The notes under the pieces: model-generated
Seen by the model: only the letters and a program-made list of their open reading frames with translations
What the model was told of the DNA's origin: nothing
The model's database searches: none
Source of the DNA: Mobula hypostoma
Lineage: Eukaryota
Direction of reading: 5' to 3'
Assembly: GCF_963921235.1 (NCBI RefSeq)
Contig: NC_086097.1
Coordinates: 55,740,001-55,804,000 of the forward strand
DNA length: 64,000 nucleotides
Made by a program: the position numbers and the translations under genes
Shown here: in pieces, positions 1 to 11,669 of the stretch
Layout: each line of letters starts with the position of its first letter
Numbering within the stretch: position 1 is the stretch's first letter

Positions 1-7
1 TTTCGTT

Positions 8-570
8 AGAATCAGTAGGTTTCGGTTCAAGTTCCATAGTAGAGACCTGATGGCAAAAAAATTAGAGTGTCATTGTCGGCTAACATTCCAATGAGGTACA
101 GTTGGAGATTCAACTTTAAATTGAGAGTGCAAGTGGAATCCTATCTAATCTCTTAAATAATGACCCCAGAACACCTTTTCAATGAAGAACAAGGCAGCTA
201 AAATGCTAGAAATACTTTGCAGGTCAAGCAGAATCAATGGAGGAGGAAAGAGTTAATATTTCAGTTTATCCCTGTTTCTTCTTACAGATTTCGCAGCATT
301 TTCTGTTTCTGTTCAAAATTTTCATCTGTTGCAGTATATAGCTTCAGAGTTACCACTTTTCTTTCCTTATTATTTATCCCATGCTGCACATTAGGGAACA
401 GGTTATCTGATAATTATCACGTTGTAAATCATGGGAGATGGTTCTGCCTAAACCATTTGTCAAATTTCCTCCATTGTAGCACTGATTACATTTTTCAAGG
501 ACTTCATTCTTGTGCCAACCTGAAAGAGATGTGAAAAACTATATAAATGCAAATTAAATTCAATTTATTT
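8..570 (+). mobile_element. Old Deu-domain SINE relic (SacSINE1/AmnSINE1-like), interrupted at ~196-345 by a PLE-derived hairpin fragment
   Basis: Box-B-like GGTTCAAGTTCCA near 24-36; 372-510 (tttatccc...acaggttatctgataattatcac...ttcaaggacttcatt) resembles the Deu domain as I recall it; ends in ctatataaatgcaa plus a pyrimidine tail. Confidence 0.55.
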
Positions 571-1550
571 ACTGTTTCTTTTCTTTTCTCACTTTCTTTT
601 GATGTTTCAAAAATTCCTGTTAAATTGTGATTTTATAAGTTGCTATAAGAGCCTGCTAGTTGGACTTCTTGCATGTTTAGCATACTTGCCATTTTCCAAT
701 CTTGTGAATGGTAAAGATCTCCTTTCATTTTCCTTCAATTTAATAAAGATCTGTAATTTTAATTGCTTTCCTAGGAGTACAGTAACCCATCAAAAAAATC
801 TTTCTTCAGTCAATCATAAACAGCATATGTGGCAATTGAAATAGTGGCCATGTCATTTCAGATTCTTTCACCTTGTCCTTTCTTCTTGACCATCCTTGTC
901 ATGTCTCTCTGCTAAGATGGAAATCTATTGGTGCTGATTGTCTCTTGCCTAGGCTCACATGCAAACTTTCATTGACGGCAACAGACAATGAACTTCGGGC
1001 GTGCCAAAAGTCTTGACCATGTACTATTTAATGTATGAAATTCTACTGAGTTGCTGGGTAAAACTGAGAAGATGGATGCTGGCTACATTTTTAAAATCTT
1101 TTTTCTAACTATTGCGAATTGGGTTCAGTGACCATAAAACATTCAACTGATCAATGTAGTGCAGATAGATGATTCATATATATGTGGCTGACTTGGTAAC
1201 ATTCAGGGCCATAAAGTAATCAGTAACATGCTTGAAAAAGTTCCCGTGCAATTTTCTTCGTTTCTCTTCTGAAAACACTGATGTGTGCTAGAATCTTGCC
1301 AGTACAGACTATTGCAATGGGTGAAGATGTGGATTTGCGTGACTGGGCTAACTCACTATGGATATATGTGGAAATCACAAAGGAAATTGTGAAAAAAACT
1401 TAATCATTTCTTCTGTGACTTTCATCCATGCTGAAGCTTCAATATACAGTAGATTACAGGGAGCGTAATTAAGAGCTTAATACCTTGCTAACATTACTCT
1501 CACCTTCCCAATCTGTTTTGTGATCTGTGGTCATAAAGAAGGTTATAATA

Positions 1551-2390
1551 CTGTGGATTCTGGTCAATTGGGATACGTCAGGACTAGTTCATTTTGGCCC
1601 AATTAAGTGACTGCCCTAATTAGCTGTAGTTTCATAGAAATAGTAAAAAAGGTATAAAAAGACAAACTACCATTTAACTGAGTAACAAGTTATGCATTTG
1701 AATGAAATATAGAACAAATGATAATAGTATCAATATTACTACCGTGCTATAAAACTGTGTATTAGTTCCTAATAGTTATCGTTGGAGGAATTCATCTAAA
1801 CTAGCTGCTGTATTCTTTTGATTGATTGTAAATGAACAACATCAGCACAGACACCTGGTGTAGATAATGGACTGCCCTCATACAATACTATTGACAATTG
1901 CATACTTCAAATCTTCATTTTCATTGTAACAATGAAGATGATTGTCAATAACTTCAAATTATTTGTAGTCCCTAACTTGTTGAAATAGTGAAATCATTTC
2001 ATTTTCGCTCTTGCTGTTTCTGGCATCTCCAAACCTGAATGCTTGAAACTGCAGTGAACAAAACTGTTCTGAATGGTCTTACTGCTTATTTCTTGTCAGC
2101 TATCAGTGACAGAAATCACTGATTTTTGAACACAAGTATGCACACCTAACACTATTTTATACACTGCTCACTTTAAAACATAGTGTAGTAGCTAACAGTC
2201 ACACAAGTGCATATGACTGATACTTGTTAGAAACTGATTGGTAGCAGTCTGATGCCTCAATTAAGCGGCATGGTATCCCTAGTAAACAAAGGGAATCCCT
2301 ACTATTTGCTCAAATACTTTTAGTCGCTAAGAGTTGTCCCAATTACGGCTGCCCTGATTAACCGATGGCCTAATTAACCCGAATCCACAA
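1551..2390 (-). mobile_element. Non-autonomous pogo/Tigger-type DNA transposon
   Basis: Imperfect TIRs (ctgtggattctggtcaattggg / cctaattaacccgaatccacaa) flanked by TA on both sides; minus-strand remnant AVISVTDS*QEISSKTIQNSFVHCSFKH resembles the pogo transposase C-terminal 'W..V...TI.NCF...GF' motif. Confidence 0.8.
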
Positions 2391-2989
2391 TATTCCACTG
2401 TGGTATCCAGTGAGATAGGTACAGGTATAAATCATTTATACAAAGCTCAGCCTCTTGAAGTTTGATGGCCTTATCACATTGTAGTAAGGCAGCTTGTACC
2501 TTTTATTAATTTCAAATAAATTGGGCCAGAGCTATGAAACCCTATATATCTAGTGCTACATAACAGAGTTAAAATTGCTTCTTCAATTCTGCCATTTTTC
2601 TTGTTCAACGTTGTCACTTGTATATGTGTATGTAAGTTAAATTATATATTAAGGAATTGCAGAAGCAGTTTGCCTGTTCCAATAGCAATTGCGCATCTGA
2701 TGACTTCATTTTAACTGATGTCCAACGTAGGCAAAATGAGTTTAAAATGAATAGATTCCCAGGAACGTACAATATTTACCTTAGAGTTCTGAAGCCAGTC
2801 ATGAAGAATTGATAATCCTTCAGGAATATGAAGAGCTACTTATTTGTTAGAAACAGGCTAATGAGATGATTGGATTGAGTAAATGAAATAAATACAGAGA
2901 ACGATTGGAATGGGATTGATTTTTAGTAATAAGCTTGCATGACAGTAATTCTACATTGATTTTCTATGACTAACTTTTGATTTTCTAGA

Positions 2990-3800
2990 GGAAATGAGAA
3001 GATTTGATGATGATGTAGTACATCAGGAATCCAACTAACCTGGTGTACCATATCATAAGCAAATTTGCAACAAGTGAAAATCCAATTTGCACACGATTAG
3101 TTAACCTCAAATCACAAACTGAAGGGTGGGAAGCAGCAAGTACTTATTTGAAAATCTGTGCCAGAGATGGGAGAAGGAGAGGTACTGAACAGATTACCTT
3201 GTCACTGGACACTGGGCAAAGCACTGTAATTTACATAAATGACCTGGATTGAAAATCTCAGTGCTAAGTAATCAATAGCTGCTGCCATCAAATTACAAGG
3301 TTAGTGAAAGCTCGAAAGTTCATCAACACATTGAACAAAGTATGTTCAAGTCATAGGCAAAACAACGCCAAGTGCAATTTAATACTAAGAGCAAAATACT
3401 GTTCCTAGGAAAGGAATGAACTTGAAATGGTTAATTAGGAAAAAAATGCGGGATGAGACCAGTCAACCTATTATGACTGTTCTGCCACTTGATAATATCA
3501 TAGTCAATCTTTATCAAAGTAGAGCATTTCTTTTTTAATTCCATATCCCTGGATTTATTTAATACCTAAAACTCTTAATTGCTCAATGCACTTAGTATCA
3601 AAAGTCTTGATTGGTCAATACTCAATATTTTCAAACAATTTAATGTAGTCAGTAATACTGGAAATGAGAGACAGTCAAACTGTGGAAACAGTGTAGAGAA
3701 GTGCAACAGGGCTAATCCCAGGGAGAGGGATAGAAGCCATGAGTACAGGATGGATGAAATTGCTCTCTTTTGGACTGGAAGGAAGGTGTTTGCCATTATA
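2990..3800. mobile_element. Highly decayed CR1 LINE fragments
   Basis: RT remnant IYINDLD at the end of ORF 3043-3252; CR1 3'-end-like sequence at ~3450-3640 on the minus strand. Confidence 0.5.
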
Positions 3801-4129
3801 GTATCCATAAAATTAAAGAAAATATGACCTGGAATATTTCTTAAAATTAAACTGTGGAAATATATGCGCACTTGTATATATGTATATTTTTTAATGATTG
3901 AGGTAACAAATAACACTTCCATTTTCAAGTATGAAATATTAGTCTTACATACAGCTGAATTTTTGCTTCTGGATTGTGATTTGTAAAGAGAATATGCAGA
4001 TATGAAAGGCTACTTTTATTTCATTCCTGAAATAAGGGGATTAGCATACAAATTTCATCAAAGCACATGTAAGAATATAATAACGTCATTTTCTAGAATG
4101 TTAGTGGAAGGAAACTAATAATGAATAGC

Positions 4130-5075
4130 CTCATGAGTCTCCCAATCCAATACATCATTCTGTGTAATTTCTGCTATCTCCAAAGAGATCCTCCCACCAA
4201 GCACATCTTTACCTCCTCCCCCCACCCCCACTCTCTGCTTTCTGCAGGGATCGCTCCCTCCGCAATTTCCTTATCCATTTGTCCATCCCCACTGATCTCC
4301 CTCCAGGCACTTATCCTTGCAAGTGGTCAAATTGCCACACCTGCCCATTCACCTTCTCCCTCACCTGCATTCAGGACACCACGTAGCCCTTCCAGGTGAG
4401 GCATCACTTCACCTGTGAATCTGTTGGAGTCATCTATTGCATCTGGTGCTCCCAATGCACCCTCCTCTTCATTGCTGAGACCTGTCATAAACTGGGGAAT
4501 CGTCTGTTGAGCACTTCCCCTCCATCCGCCTAAAGGAGAATTTTCCTGCGGCCAACTGTTTTAATTCCATTTCCCAATCCCATCCCGACATGTTGCTCCA
4601 CAGCTCCTCTTATGCCACAAGGAGGCCACACTCAGACTGGAGGAGCAACACTTCATATTCCTTCTGGGTAGCCTGGTGGCGTGAACATCGATTTCTCCCT
4701 CCGGTAAAAAAACTTTTTCCCTCCCCCTTCCCTCTTCTTCTATTTCCCACTCAGGTTTCTTACCTCTTCTCTCCTGCTTATCACCTCCACCTGGTGCTCC
4801 TCCTTCTTCCCTTTCTCCCAAGGTCCACTCTTCTCCTATCAGATTTCTTCCTCTCCAGCCCTATACCTTTCCCACCCACCTGGCTTCACCCATCACCTTC
4901 TAGCTGTCTTCCTTCCCCTCCCCCCACCTTTTTATTCTGTCTTTCCCTTCTTTCTCAGTCCTGAAGAAGGCTTCTTGGGCTAAAACATTGACTCTATTTA
5001 TTCATTTTTATAGATGCTGCCTGACCTCCAGCATTCTGTGTGTGTTGCTTTGGATTTCCAGCATCTGTAGAATGT
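4130..5075 (+). mobile_element. Penelope-like element 3' fragment (decayed GIY-YIG endonuclease plus pseudo-LTR)
   Basis: Translated remnants IQYIILCNFCYLQRDPPTKHIF, FQVRHHFTCESVGVIYCIWC and EATLRLEEQHFIFLLGSL; pyrimidine tract, degenerate hammerhead at 4956-4993, and the gatgctgcctgacc...ccagcatctg tail. Confidence 0.85.
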
Positions 5076-6467
5076 ATCTTATTATTAAATAATGCTATTT
5101 TGATTCTGATGCTGCCTTTTAGTGCTAAATTGTGTTTGCTCATTAAGAGATTTAAGCAATGCCTATCCACAATTGCCAGTTAAGTTTACTTGCAGGCAGA
5201 GTTTACTTTCTTGCTACATAAAGAGAGGATGTTAGAACAACACTGTCTCTGGTCCTGCTTTCATGCGAAACTATCGATGCAAAAGCCTATAATGTGTTGG
5301 TTCAACCCAGACTCAAGGCATTAATATCCTGAGATATGGAAGCCGGGCAAATTAGAGATTTTTACTTTTCAGTTCTCATAAGTGTAATTAAAGTTGGAAA
5401 AATCTAGGCTGCAAAATGTCAATTAGAGTTATGTTCTTCTGTAAAATTATCTAGATTTAGACAGAGAAAAACATAGGCTTACATTGTTATAGCCCTTTAA
5501 ATTTTCCAGTGTAAAGAGATGAAACATTTAAAATATACTTAGAACATTTCCTGCTGCTAAATCCTAGCAGATTACTTGTAGTCTTATCCAGTCAAAGTAA
5601 AAATACATTGCAAGTATTTGGATTTTAAACCTTTGGAGGACTGTCTTTTCAGAAGAGTAATCATTGGTATTAACATTTATGATTTTAACAGGGGAACTGA
5701 TCACAGCTGCATTTGAGCTTGGGGTAAGTATTACTGTATTGTTTAAAAAATGCACTCATTTAGGGCATTAGTGATGATTAATTAGGCATGGACTAATATG
5801 GATTAATATGGTTTCCAATCACAAATTTCACTTATTTTGATTCAGTAAAATATGCTAAGATTTATTTCATTTTATTAATCCAATTAAATAGAATTATGAA
5901 GAAATAGCTTTCTAGTGTATGTACAGCTTATGATGTGGACATATTTTCACAAAGCTGTAAAGAATGAAATAAATCAGGTTAATAGTTTTAATGAGTTTTA
6001 TGATTTAGATTTTGGTGCTATGGGAAACCTCCTTTATAACTCAGGGAAAAATGTACCCATGGTGGTAATGAAAAGCCTCATAATGTGGACTAAACATAAA
6101 GAAGGAGACTCCTCTTGGGACTTCTGTCTTTGTTTATAATGTGCTCCATTTGTTTTCTTCTTTACCATCAGTTAGGAATTGGGGTTTTACATATGTGTAT
6201 CATTTTTAGAGAATCCTAAAGTGTAAGCTTTTTAACCCTATTAAAAATTAGGCAACTTCATATTACATTTCCAAAGTTCATCTTCCAAAATAGCTTCATA
6301 TTATGAATCACAGTGCTTTGCAAAAAAAGCAATTTACATATATTGCTAATCATGAAAAAAATACTCCAATTGCAGCTGTAAATTTAGCTAACTCTGTTTA
6401 TTAGTTTAAATTTAAAGAAAGTAACTGTTTGCAGGTAATATGAAAACTAGGGTCTTTATTTTCTCTA

Positions 6468-6668
6468 ATACACACAAAGTGTTGGAGGAACTCAGCAGGC
6501 TAGGCAGCATCTATGGAAAAGAGTAAACAGTTGACAGTTCAGATTGTCCTGATGTAGAGTCTCGGCCCAAAACATCAACTGTTTCCTTAGTCGCTGCCTG
6601 GCCTGCTGAGTTCCTCCAGCATTTTTTGTGTGTATTACTTTGATTTCCAGCATCTGCAGATTTTCTTT
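6468..6668. mobile_element. PLE pseudo-LTR-derived hairpin element (inverted arms)
   Basis: acacacaaagtgttggaggaactcagcaggctaggcagc (6470-6508) is nearly the reverse complement of gctgcctggcctgctgagttcctccagcattttttgtgtgt (6593-6633); degenerate hammerhead between the arms. Confidence 0.8.
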
Positions 6669-7729
6669 TGCTTGCCTTTATTTTCTGAACGCTGGAAATG
6701 TATTTTAGTGCTGTAAGAATTAAAGCAGTGCAATGCATTGTACCAATCTATGGGACAGTAAGGTGGTGCATTGTTGTCGACAGATGAAAAGTGGCTGAGT
6801 TATACCCTGTTTACACTGATTCCTTCATGCTAAAACAAAACTAGTATTACTACATGCCAATCTCCACAATAGAAACCTGCCCTAAAGCTGCATAGCCCAA
6901 GCTCATCCAACATTCCGTAATGCTACTTCAGGCATAGACCTTGTACTGCCGTGAGTTCAAGGGAGCTAAAGCACTAATTCCACCACAATGCTAGGGTAGA
7001 TGATCGTACGTAATACAAAAAAGCATTAATTTCTTCGTTGGAGACTGCTTTTGTATGAGATATAAACAATTAATACACATAGTAAGTGTTGACTAAATTA
7101 CAAGAAAGCAAGTGTATAAATATCTGATCATGGAAAAGAAATGCTACAGTACTCAGTAATTACGTAAATCCTAAGCAAGTGGCATGCTGCCAGCTTCAAC
7201 ATAACTAATGGAAAGATGACACTAATGGAAAGAAAATGGAGTGGGGGAGGAGACAGAGTATATCATCACTACTTTAATAATTGGTCATTAGGAAAGAAAC
7301 AAAATAAACAAGATGTTAACCTTAAGTCCATTTAATAAAGGTGCTTGCCAGCATTATTCTGTGGCCTAGGACTTAAAGAAAAAGAGAGATTAGCGAATGG
7401 CTGCTGTGATGCACAGCTGAGAGCTGAGGTTGTAGATGGGCAATTTTGAGGAGCTCTGCAGAGAAAACTTGAATTCTGAGCCTGGCTTAAGTACAAACAC
7501 AGTAATAGTGATGGTGTCAGCTGATGCATTACACAGCATCAAACATTGGCAGCCTGCTGAAATCAAAGACTGCAGCAGAATGCTTAAAAGTGCCACAGTG
7601 ATTGCACTAAAGGACAGATTCGAAGGGTGCGCTTTACTCTTAAATATAAAGGAGAAAAGTGCAGAATGTTTCAGAGAGAAAAGCATAGGTGAACTCCATT
7701 TGCCTTTAAATTTTCAAGGAAAGTCAAGG

Positions 7730-8140
7730 ATTTTTAAAAATGTATTCATTTGTGGTCTCTGGGGATCTCTGACATGGTCAACATTTCATGCTTATCCTTA
7801 GTTGTCGCTGAGATGATTGTGGTTGTGCGTTGTTTTCCGTGGACTACTGCAGTCCGTCTGGAATAGGGAATTCCAGGATTTAGACCTAGTCATGATAAAG
7901 GATTGGTGATATATATTTGCAAGTCAGAATGGTTTGCAACATAGAGGGAACCTTTATGCATTGAACCCCTTTTCCCTCTGATGATAATGGTCACGTATCA
8001 CAGAGGTACTCCGGAGTAATCTGGGCGAGTAACGGTGGTGCATTTTGAGGATGGTAGCCACTGCAGACGGTGGATGAAGTGAACATTTAGAATGGATGTT
8101 AGTGTGCCAAGGAAGTATTCAAGGATAGTGTTAATCTTCT
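7730..8140 (-). mobile_element. Old CR1/L2-clade LINE 3' fragment
   Basis: Resembles the decayed LINE 3' region also seen at ~23760-24230 (opposite strand); no ORF. Confidence 0.45.
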
Positions 8141-8699
8141 TGTAGGCTGTTGTGTATTTAATACTTTGGTGGTAGTTGTGTAATATTGTAAATATATAGT
8201 TTGATTAAACAATCTTGTTCATTTAAATGATTCATTAATCAGAATCAGTTTTAATAGCAAAGGGATATGTTGTGTAATTCATTAATTTTTCATCAGCAGT
8301 ACAATGCAGTACATAATAGAGAAAAAAACTGTGAGTTGCAATGAGTATATATATATTAAATAGTTAAATTAGAAAGTAGTACAAACAATAGAAATAAGAA
8401 AGTAGTGAGGTAGTATCCATTCAGAAAATGGATGGCAGAGGGAAAAAGCTGTTTCTGAATCATTGAGCGTGTGCCTTCAGGCTTCTGTACCTCCTTCCTG
8501 ATGGTAGCAAAGACAAGAGGCATGTCCTGGGTGATGGGGGGTCCTTAATGATGGACCCTGCTCTTTTCAGGCATCACTCCTTGAAGATTCAGAATCAGGT
8601 TTACCATCTCCGGCATGTGTCATGAGATTTGTTAACAGCTGCAGCAGTTCAATGCAATACATGATAATATCAAAATAAATAAATAATTAAATCAATTAA

Positions 8700-9431
8700 G
8701 AGCACCAAATTTCTTGGTGTTCACCTGGCAGAGAATCTCACCTGGTCTCTCAGCACCAGCTCCATAGCAAAGAAAGCCCAGCAGCATCTCTACATCAATC
8801 TCCCACCCCCCATCCTCACCATATTCTACAAAGGTTGTATTGAGAGCATCCTGAGCAGCTGCATCATGGACTGGTTCGGAAATTGCACCATCTCGGATCG
8901 CAAGACCCTGCAGCGGATAGTGAGGTCAGCTGAGAAGATCATCGGGGTCTCTCTTCCCGCCATCACAAACATTTACACCACACGCAGCATCCACAAAGCA
9001 AACAGCATTATGAAGGACCCCACACACCCCTCATATAAACTCTTCTCCCTCCTGCTGTCTGGAAAAAGGCACCGAAGTATTCAGGCTCTCACGACCAGAC
9101 TACGTAACAGTTTCTTCCCCCAAGCCGTCAGACTCCTCAATACCCAGAGCCTAGACTGACACCAACCTACTGCCCTCTACTGTGCCTACTGTCTTGTTTA
9201 TTATTTATTATTATTTATTGTAATGCCTGCACTGTTTTGTGCACTTTATGCAGTCCTGGATAGGTCTGTAGTCTAGTGTAGTTTTTGTGTTTTTTCTTAC
9301 GTAGTTCAGTGTAGTTTTTGTATTGTTTCATGTAGCACCATGGTCCCGGAAAATGTTGTCTCATTTTTACTATATTCTGTACCAGCAGTTATGGTTGAAA
9401 TGACAATAAAAAGTGACCTGACTTGACTTGA
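8700..9431 (+). mobile_element. Rex1/Babar-like LINE 3' end
   Basis: KFLGVHLAENLTWS..SIAKKAQQHLY (DUF1891-like) and ORF 8866-9159 ending TTRLRNSFFPQAVRLLN; AATAAA plus (GACTT)n tail. Confidence 0.85.
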
Positions 9432-9974
9432 TATATGCACAGTGAATATATTAAAATAGTGCAAAAACAGAAATAATATGTATTTAAAAAGTGAAGTGGT
9501 GTTCACGGATTCAAAGTCCATTTAGGAATCATACGGCAGAGGGGAAGAAGCTGTTCCTGAATCACTGAGTATGTACTTCTGTACTTCCTGGTAATAATGA
9601 GAAGATGGCATGCCCTGGGTAATGGGGTTCCTTAATAATGGACGTTGCCTTTCCGAGGCACCGTACCTTGAAGCTGTCTTGGGCACTATGGAGGGTAGTA
9701 CCCAAAGAAAGAGCTGACTAATTTTACACCTTTCTGTATCTTCAATCAGTCCTGCGCAGTACCCGCCCCCCACCTTACCAGACAGTGATGCAGCCTGTCA
9801 GAACGCTCTCCACGATACAACTATAGAAGTTTTTGAATGTATTAGTTAACAAACCAAATCTCTTCAAACTCTTAATGAAATATTACTGCATCAATATGTT
9901 GGGACCTGGTTAGATCCTCAGAGATCTTGACACACGGCACCCAGGAAGTTGAATTTCTTTCTTTCTTTTTCTCT

Positions 9975-10118
9975 CCCTCTCTCCCTCTCCCCCTCTCCCC
10001 CTCTCCCCCTCTCCCCCTCTCCCCCTCTCCCCCTCTCCCCCTCTCCCCCTCTCCCCCTCTCCCCCTCCCCCTCTCCCCCTCTCCCCCTCTCCCCCTCTCC
10101 CCCTCCCCCTCTCTCCAC
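9975..10118. repeat. (CCCCTCT/CCCCCTCT)n polypyrimidine microsatellite
   Basis: Directly visible tandem array. Confidence 0.95.
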
Positions 10119-10373
10119 TGAGTTTGAGCTGACTAAGTTTACAACTCTTTGCAGCTTACTTCAATCCTGTGCAGTAGCCCTCCTCCCCATACCAGACGGT
10201 GATGCAGTCTGTTAGCATGCTCTCCACAGTACATCTGCAAAAATTTGCAAGTGTTTTGGGTGACATGCCAAATCTCATCAAACTCCTCATGAAATATAGT
10301 TGCTGTCTTGCCTTCTTTGTAGCTGCATCAATAGATCCTCATAGATATTGATATCCAGAAACTTGAAATTACT

Positions 10374-10996
10374 AAACACGAGGAAATCTGCAGACGCTGG
10401 AATTTCAAGCAACACACATCAAAGTTGCTAGTGAACACAGCAGGCCAGGCAGCATCTCTAGGAAGAGGTACAGTCGATGTTTCGGGCCGAGACCCTTTGT
10501 CAGGACTAACTGAAAGAACAGATAGTAAGAGATTTGAGAGGGGGAGGGGGAGATCCAAAATGATAGGAGAAGACATGAGGGGGAGGGATGGAGCCAAGAG
10601 CTGGAAGGTTGATTGGCAAAAGGGATATGAGAGGATCATGGGAGATGAGGCCTAAGGAGAAAGAAAGGGGGAGGAGGGAAGCCCAGAAGATGGGCAAGGA
10701 GTATAGTGAGAGGGACGGAGGGAGGAAAAAGGAGAGAGAGAGAGAGAGAGAGAAATAATATATAAATAAATAACGGGTGGAGTACGAGGGGGAGGTGGGG
10801 CATTAACGGAAGTTTGAGAAGTCAATGTTTGTGCCATCAGGTTGGAGGCTACCCAAATGGAATATAAGGTGCTGTTCCTCCAGCCTGAGTGTGGCTTCAT
10901 CTTGACAGTAGAGGAGGCCGTGGATAGACATATCAGAATGGGAATGGGACGTGGAATTAAAATGTGTGGCCACTGGGAGGTCCTGCTTTCTCTGGC
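10374..10996 (-). mobile_element. Relatively young Penelope-like element 3' end (GIY-YIG C-terminus plus pseudo-LTR)
   Basis: ORF 10803-11006 DLPVATHFNSTSHSHSDMSIHGLLYCQDEATLRLEEQHLIFHLGSLQPDGTNIDFSNFR; pseudo-LTR nearly identical to 21327-21427. Confidence 0.9.
10471..10507 (-). ncRNA. Minimal type-I hammerhead ribozyme motif, core mutated
   Basis: Reverse complement reads agtc-CTGACAA-agggtctcggccc-GAAA-CATC-gactg; CUGANGA has become CUGACAA. Confidence 0.7.
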
Positions 10997-11669
10997 AGAC
11001 TCCCACTCACTCTTTCCATTTCTGATTCCTCTATGAGGACTGTTATTCCTCGTCTTACCCTTTCTGATGTCCACAGTCAGTTCTTTGGTCTTTCTGACAT
11101 TGAGTGCAAGGTTATTGCTGTGATCACACTACAGGTTATATGTAAAAATAAGTGACTTGCAAATGTCATGATGCTACAGCATGATATGTGTGCACCTCTC
11201 TTAAAGTAAAGAATGAAGTTAGACTCACATTCCTGGCTCTCTTGTTTTTTTTCCCCCCAATTAGTTTAATGTTTTGTACTTACATAGTATAACAAAAGTT
11301 GTTGGTATGACACTCTACATTGTAGAGTATTCCATCATACCCAAGATGTGCCTTATGTTTGAAAGGTTATTGGGTCGTCAGGAGGAAAGTACATTCATTC
11401 TGGGTACCTATCTCTGATCTACTGTTATAGCCAAAGAATTTACTGCATTTAACAGCTCCAGTTGAGTTTCTGATGAGTCATGTCCCATAAGATGTTAATG
11501 CAGAGCAATTGTTAATAGTAATACCTTTCAAGAGTTTGGTTAGGTTCTCCCTTATCAGAGATAGCCATTGACTAGTACTTTGTGCATGAATGTTCCATGC
11601 CGTTTATGAGCCTATGCCCGAATGTTGTCCAAGTCTTACTGCATGCAGGTATCAACAGCTAACTTTGCT

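Larger units (their letters stand above)
8238..11130 (-). mobile_element. Rex1/Babar-like LINE 3' fragments (at least two copies) hosting nested insertions
   Basis: Tail (tcagaa)n at ~8240 and ~8590; near-duplicate segments 8400-8590 vs 9490-9680 and 9770-9960 vs 10180-10370; sequence resumes after insertions at 8700-9431, 9975-10118 and 10374-10996. Confidence 0.65.

Noticed and set aside
2989..3058. Possible terminal exon (ttttctag|AGGAAATG...TAA)
   Set aside because: Lies in decayed CR1 RT sequence (DVV.. and IYINDLD remnants)
8406..8421. let-7-like seed TGAGGTAGTA
   Set aside because: Only 10 nt match, no precursor hairpin, inside a retroelement 3' UTR
8700..8800. ALKBH8 N-terminal (DUF1891)-like peptide as a host gene
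   Set aside because: This motif is part of the Rex1/Babar-type ORF2 C-terminus and is followed by the LINE tail
9918..10215. Gly/Glu/Arg- and Pro/Ser-rich short ORFs
   Set aside because: Translations of the microsatellite
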